Of a stretch of DNA of 64,000 nt, positions 63,264 through 64,000 are shown piece after piece. The notes beneath the pieces were generated by a model that had not been told where the DNA came from, made no database searches, and was given only the letters and a program-made list of their open reading frames with translations. How positions within the stretch are numbered: the stretch's first letter is position 1; each line of letters begins with the position of its first letter. The stretch is from a virus, in the IMG/VR virus record IMGVR_UViG_3300030419_006726, positions 90,916-154,915 of that record. One strand, given 5' to 3'. The translations under genes and the position numbers were made by a program.

Positions 63264-64000
63264 AACTTTTATTTGAAAATTGGCGAAAACATTTAAATGA
63301 AAAAACCTTTGCGGACTATGAGGCCGACAAGGGAGAGTGGGTTGATGTCCCTGTTGGCGATATCGAGCACGATCCAGACAACGTTGATCTGACTGATGAA
63401 TTATATGCTTTAATTGATATTGCATACGCCCCGATCGGAGGTCACTTTGATTTTGATTCACCGAGCGACTTGCCCAGCGATCACAATAATTGGCTAGCGA
63501 TGGACTGGGATGAAGATCCACAGCCCGATGTTTTGAGAGTTGGAAAGAAAAAGACTGGCGGTACCAAGATGACCGCGGCCGGCCACGATGGCCAGAAGAG
63601 AAGCAAGGGCCACTACATTAGAAAGACTATAGACATGCTTGGCATGCGCGGGTTTTATGCAGAGATGTCAAAAAGGATTGCTGATATTATGATTGGTAGT
63701 GGGGTTCCATATGTCGACAACGAGGAAACTGTCCGCAAAGTACTGGGCGCCAGTAAGCCAATTCAGTGGCTTGGTGCACACCCCGAAGGAAAGCATCCAG
63801 AATATCAGGGCTGGTATCGTAGGGCGGTTGGAGGCCATGAAGGTGAATTAAAAATTATGCTTGGTACACCAACAGTTTCCGCTCCAGTTGAGGAGCAGAA
63901 TGAGCCGTTTCAAAGAAAAGTTAGAGCAAAACATGACAAAATGAAAAAGAAGTTGGTCGGACCGGCTGGTGGCGCGAGATCAAAGAGTGCGCCCCCTGGT
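63260..64000 (+). CDS. Hypothetical protein with MKLLFENWRKHLNE tag, runs off the window end
   Basis: ATGA overlap at 63260; frame is open to 64000 (…LIDIAYAPIGGH…GWYRRAVGG…KIMLG). Confidence 0.7.
   Translation, partial: MKLLFENWRKHLNEKTFADYEADKGEWVDVPVGDIEHDPDNVDLTDELYALIDIAYAPIGGHFDFDSPSDLPSDHNNWLAMDWDEDPQPDVLRVGKKKTGGTKMTAAGHDGQKRSKGHYIRKTIDMLGMRGFYAEMSKRIADIMIGSGVPYVDNEETVRKVLGASKPIQWLGAHPEGKHPEYQGWYRRAVGGHEGELKIMLGTPTVSAPVEEQNEPFQRKVRAKHDKMKKKLVGPAGGARSKSAPPG

Noticed and set aside
1-64000. Minus-strand and nested short ORFs in the six-frame track (e.g. 27327-27986, 31000-31569, 40436-40918)
   Set aside because: They are antisense or out-of-frame shadows of well-supported + strand genes and have no motifs or RBS.
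1-64000. CRISPR array, tRNA or rRNA genes
   Set aside because: I saw no regularly spaced DNA repeats with unique spacers and no cloverleaf or T-loop signature; intergenic gaps are mostly under 100 nt. A tRNAscan run would be needed to be certain.
1-64000. Alternative genetic code (stop reassignment, as in some jumbo phages)
   Set aside because: TAA, TAG and TGA all end genes, and conserved proteins are full length under code 11.

Overview
This window is part of a large, uncultured T4-like myovirus (jumbo-phage type) genome. All credible genes lie on the + strand, use the standard genetic code and are densely packed. It holds the core morphogenesis module: terminase, portal, gp21-type prohead protease, scaffold, gp23 major capsid, neck, sheath, tube, tape measure and baseplate, plus large repeat fibre proteins. 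Replication and repair genes flank it: RuvC-like resolvase, primase, a fused SbcD-SbcC, a minimal PolA, gp32-like SSB, RecA/UvsX, UvsE and a 5'-3' nuclease. Accessory genes include ribosomal protein bS21, a tubulin/FtsZ-like protein, an acyl-CoA thioesterase, a 2OG-Fe(II) oxygenase, a deaminase, a nucleotidyltransferase and a 2H phosphoesterase. The strongest candidate for an undescribed system is a set of short peptide tags on about 13 otherwise unrelated proteins (N-terminal MKITKxQLKQIIKEE or MKxLFENWRKF..E, and C-terminal R[WM]KxLAGI shared with the scaffold). Most tagged genes sit behind a phage-specific late-promoter motif ACTAHTTA, which suggests a modular capsid-cargo loading system that includes enzymes. 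Other signals are an [ST][GA]S tripeptide enriched in surface virion proteins, roughly 10-fold over-representation of GCCGGC, a +1 frameshift candidate in the tail chaperone, a promoter-embedded RBS-sequestering hairpin, palindromic operators in replication promoters and several unannotated micro-ORFs. All calls come from motif recognition by eye; no database searches were run.
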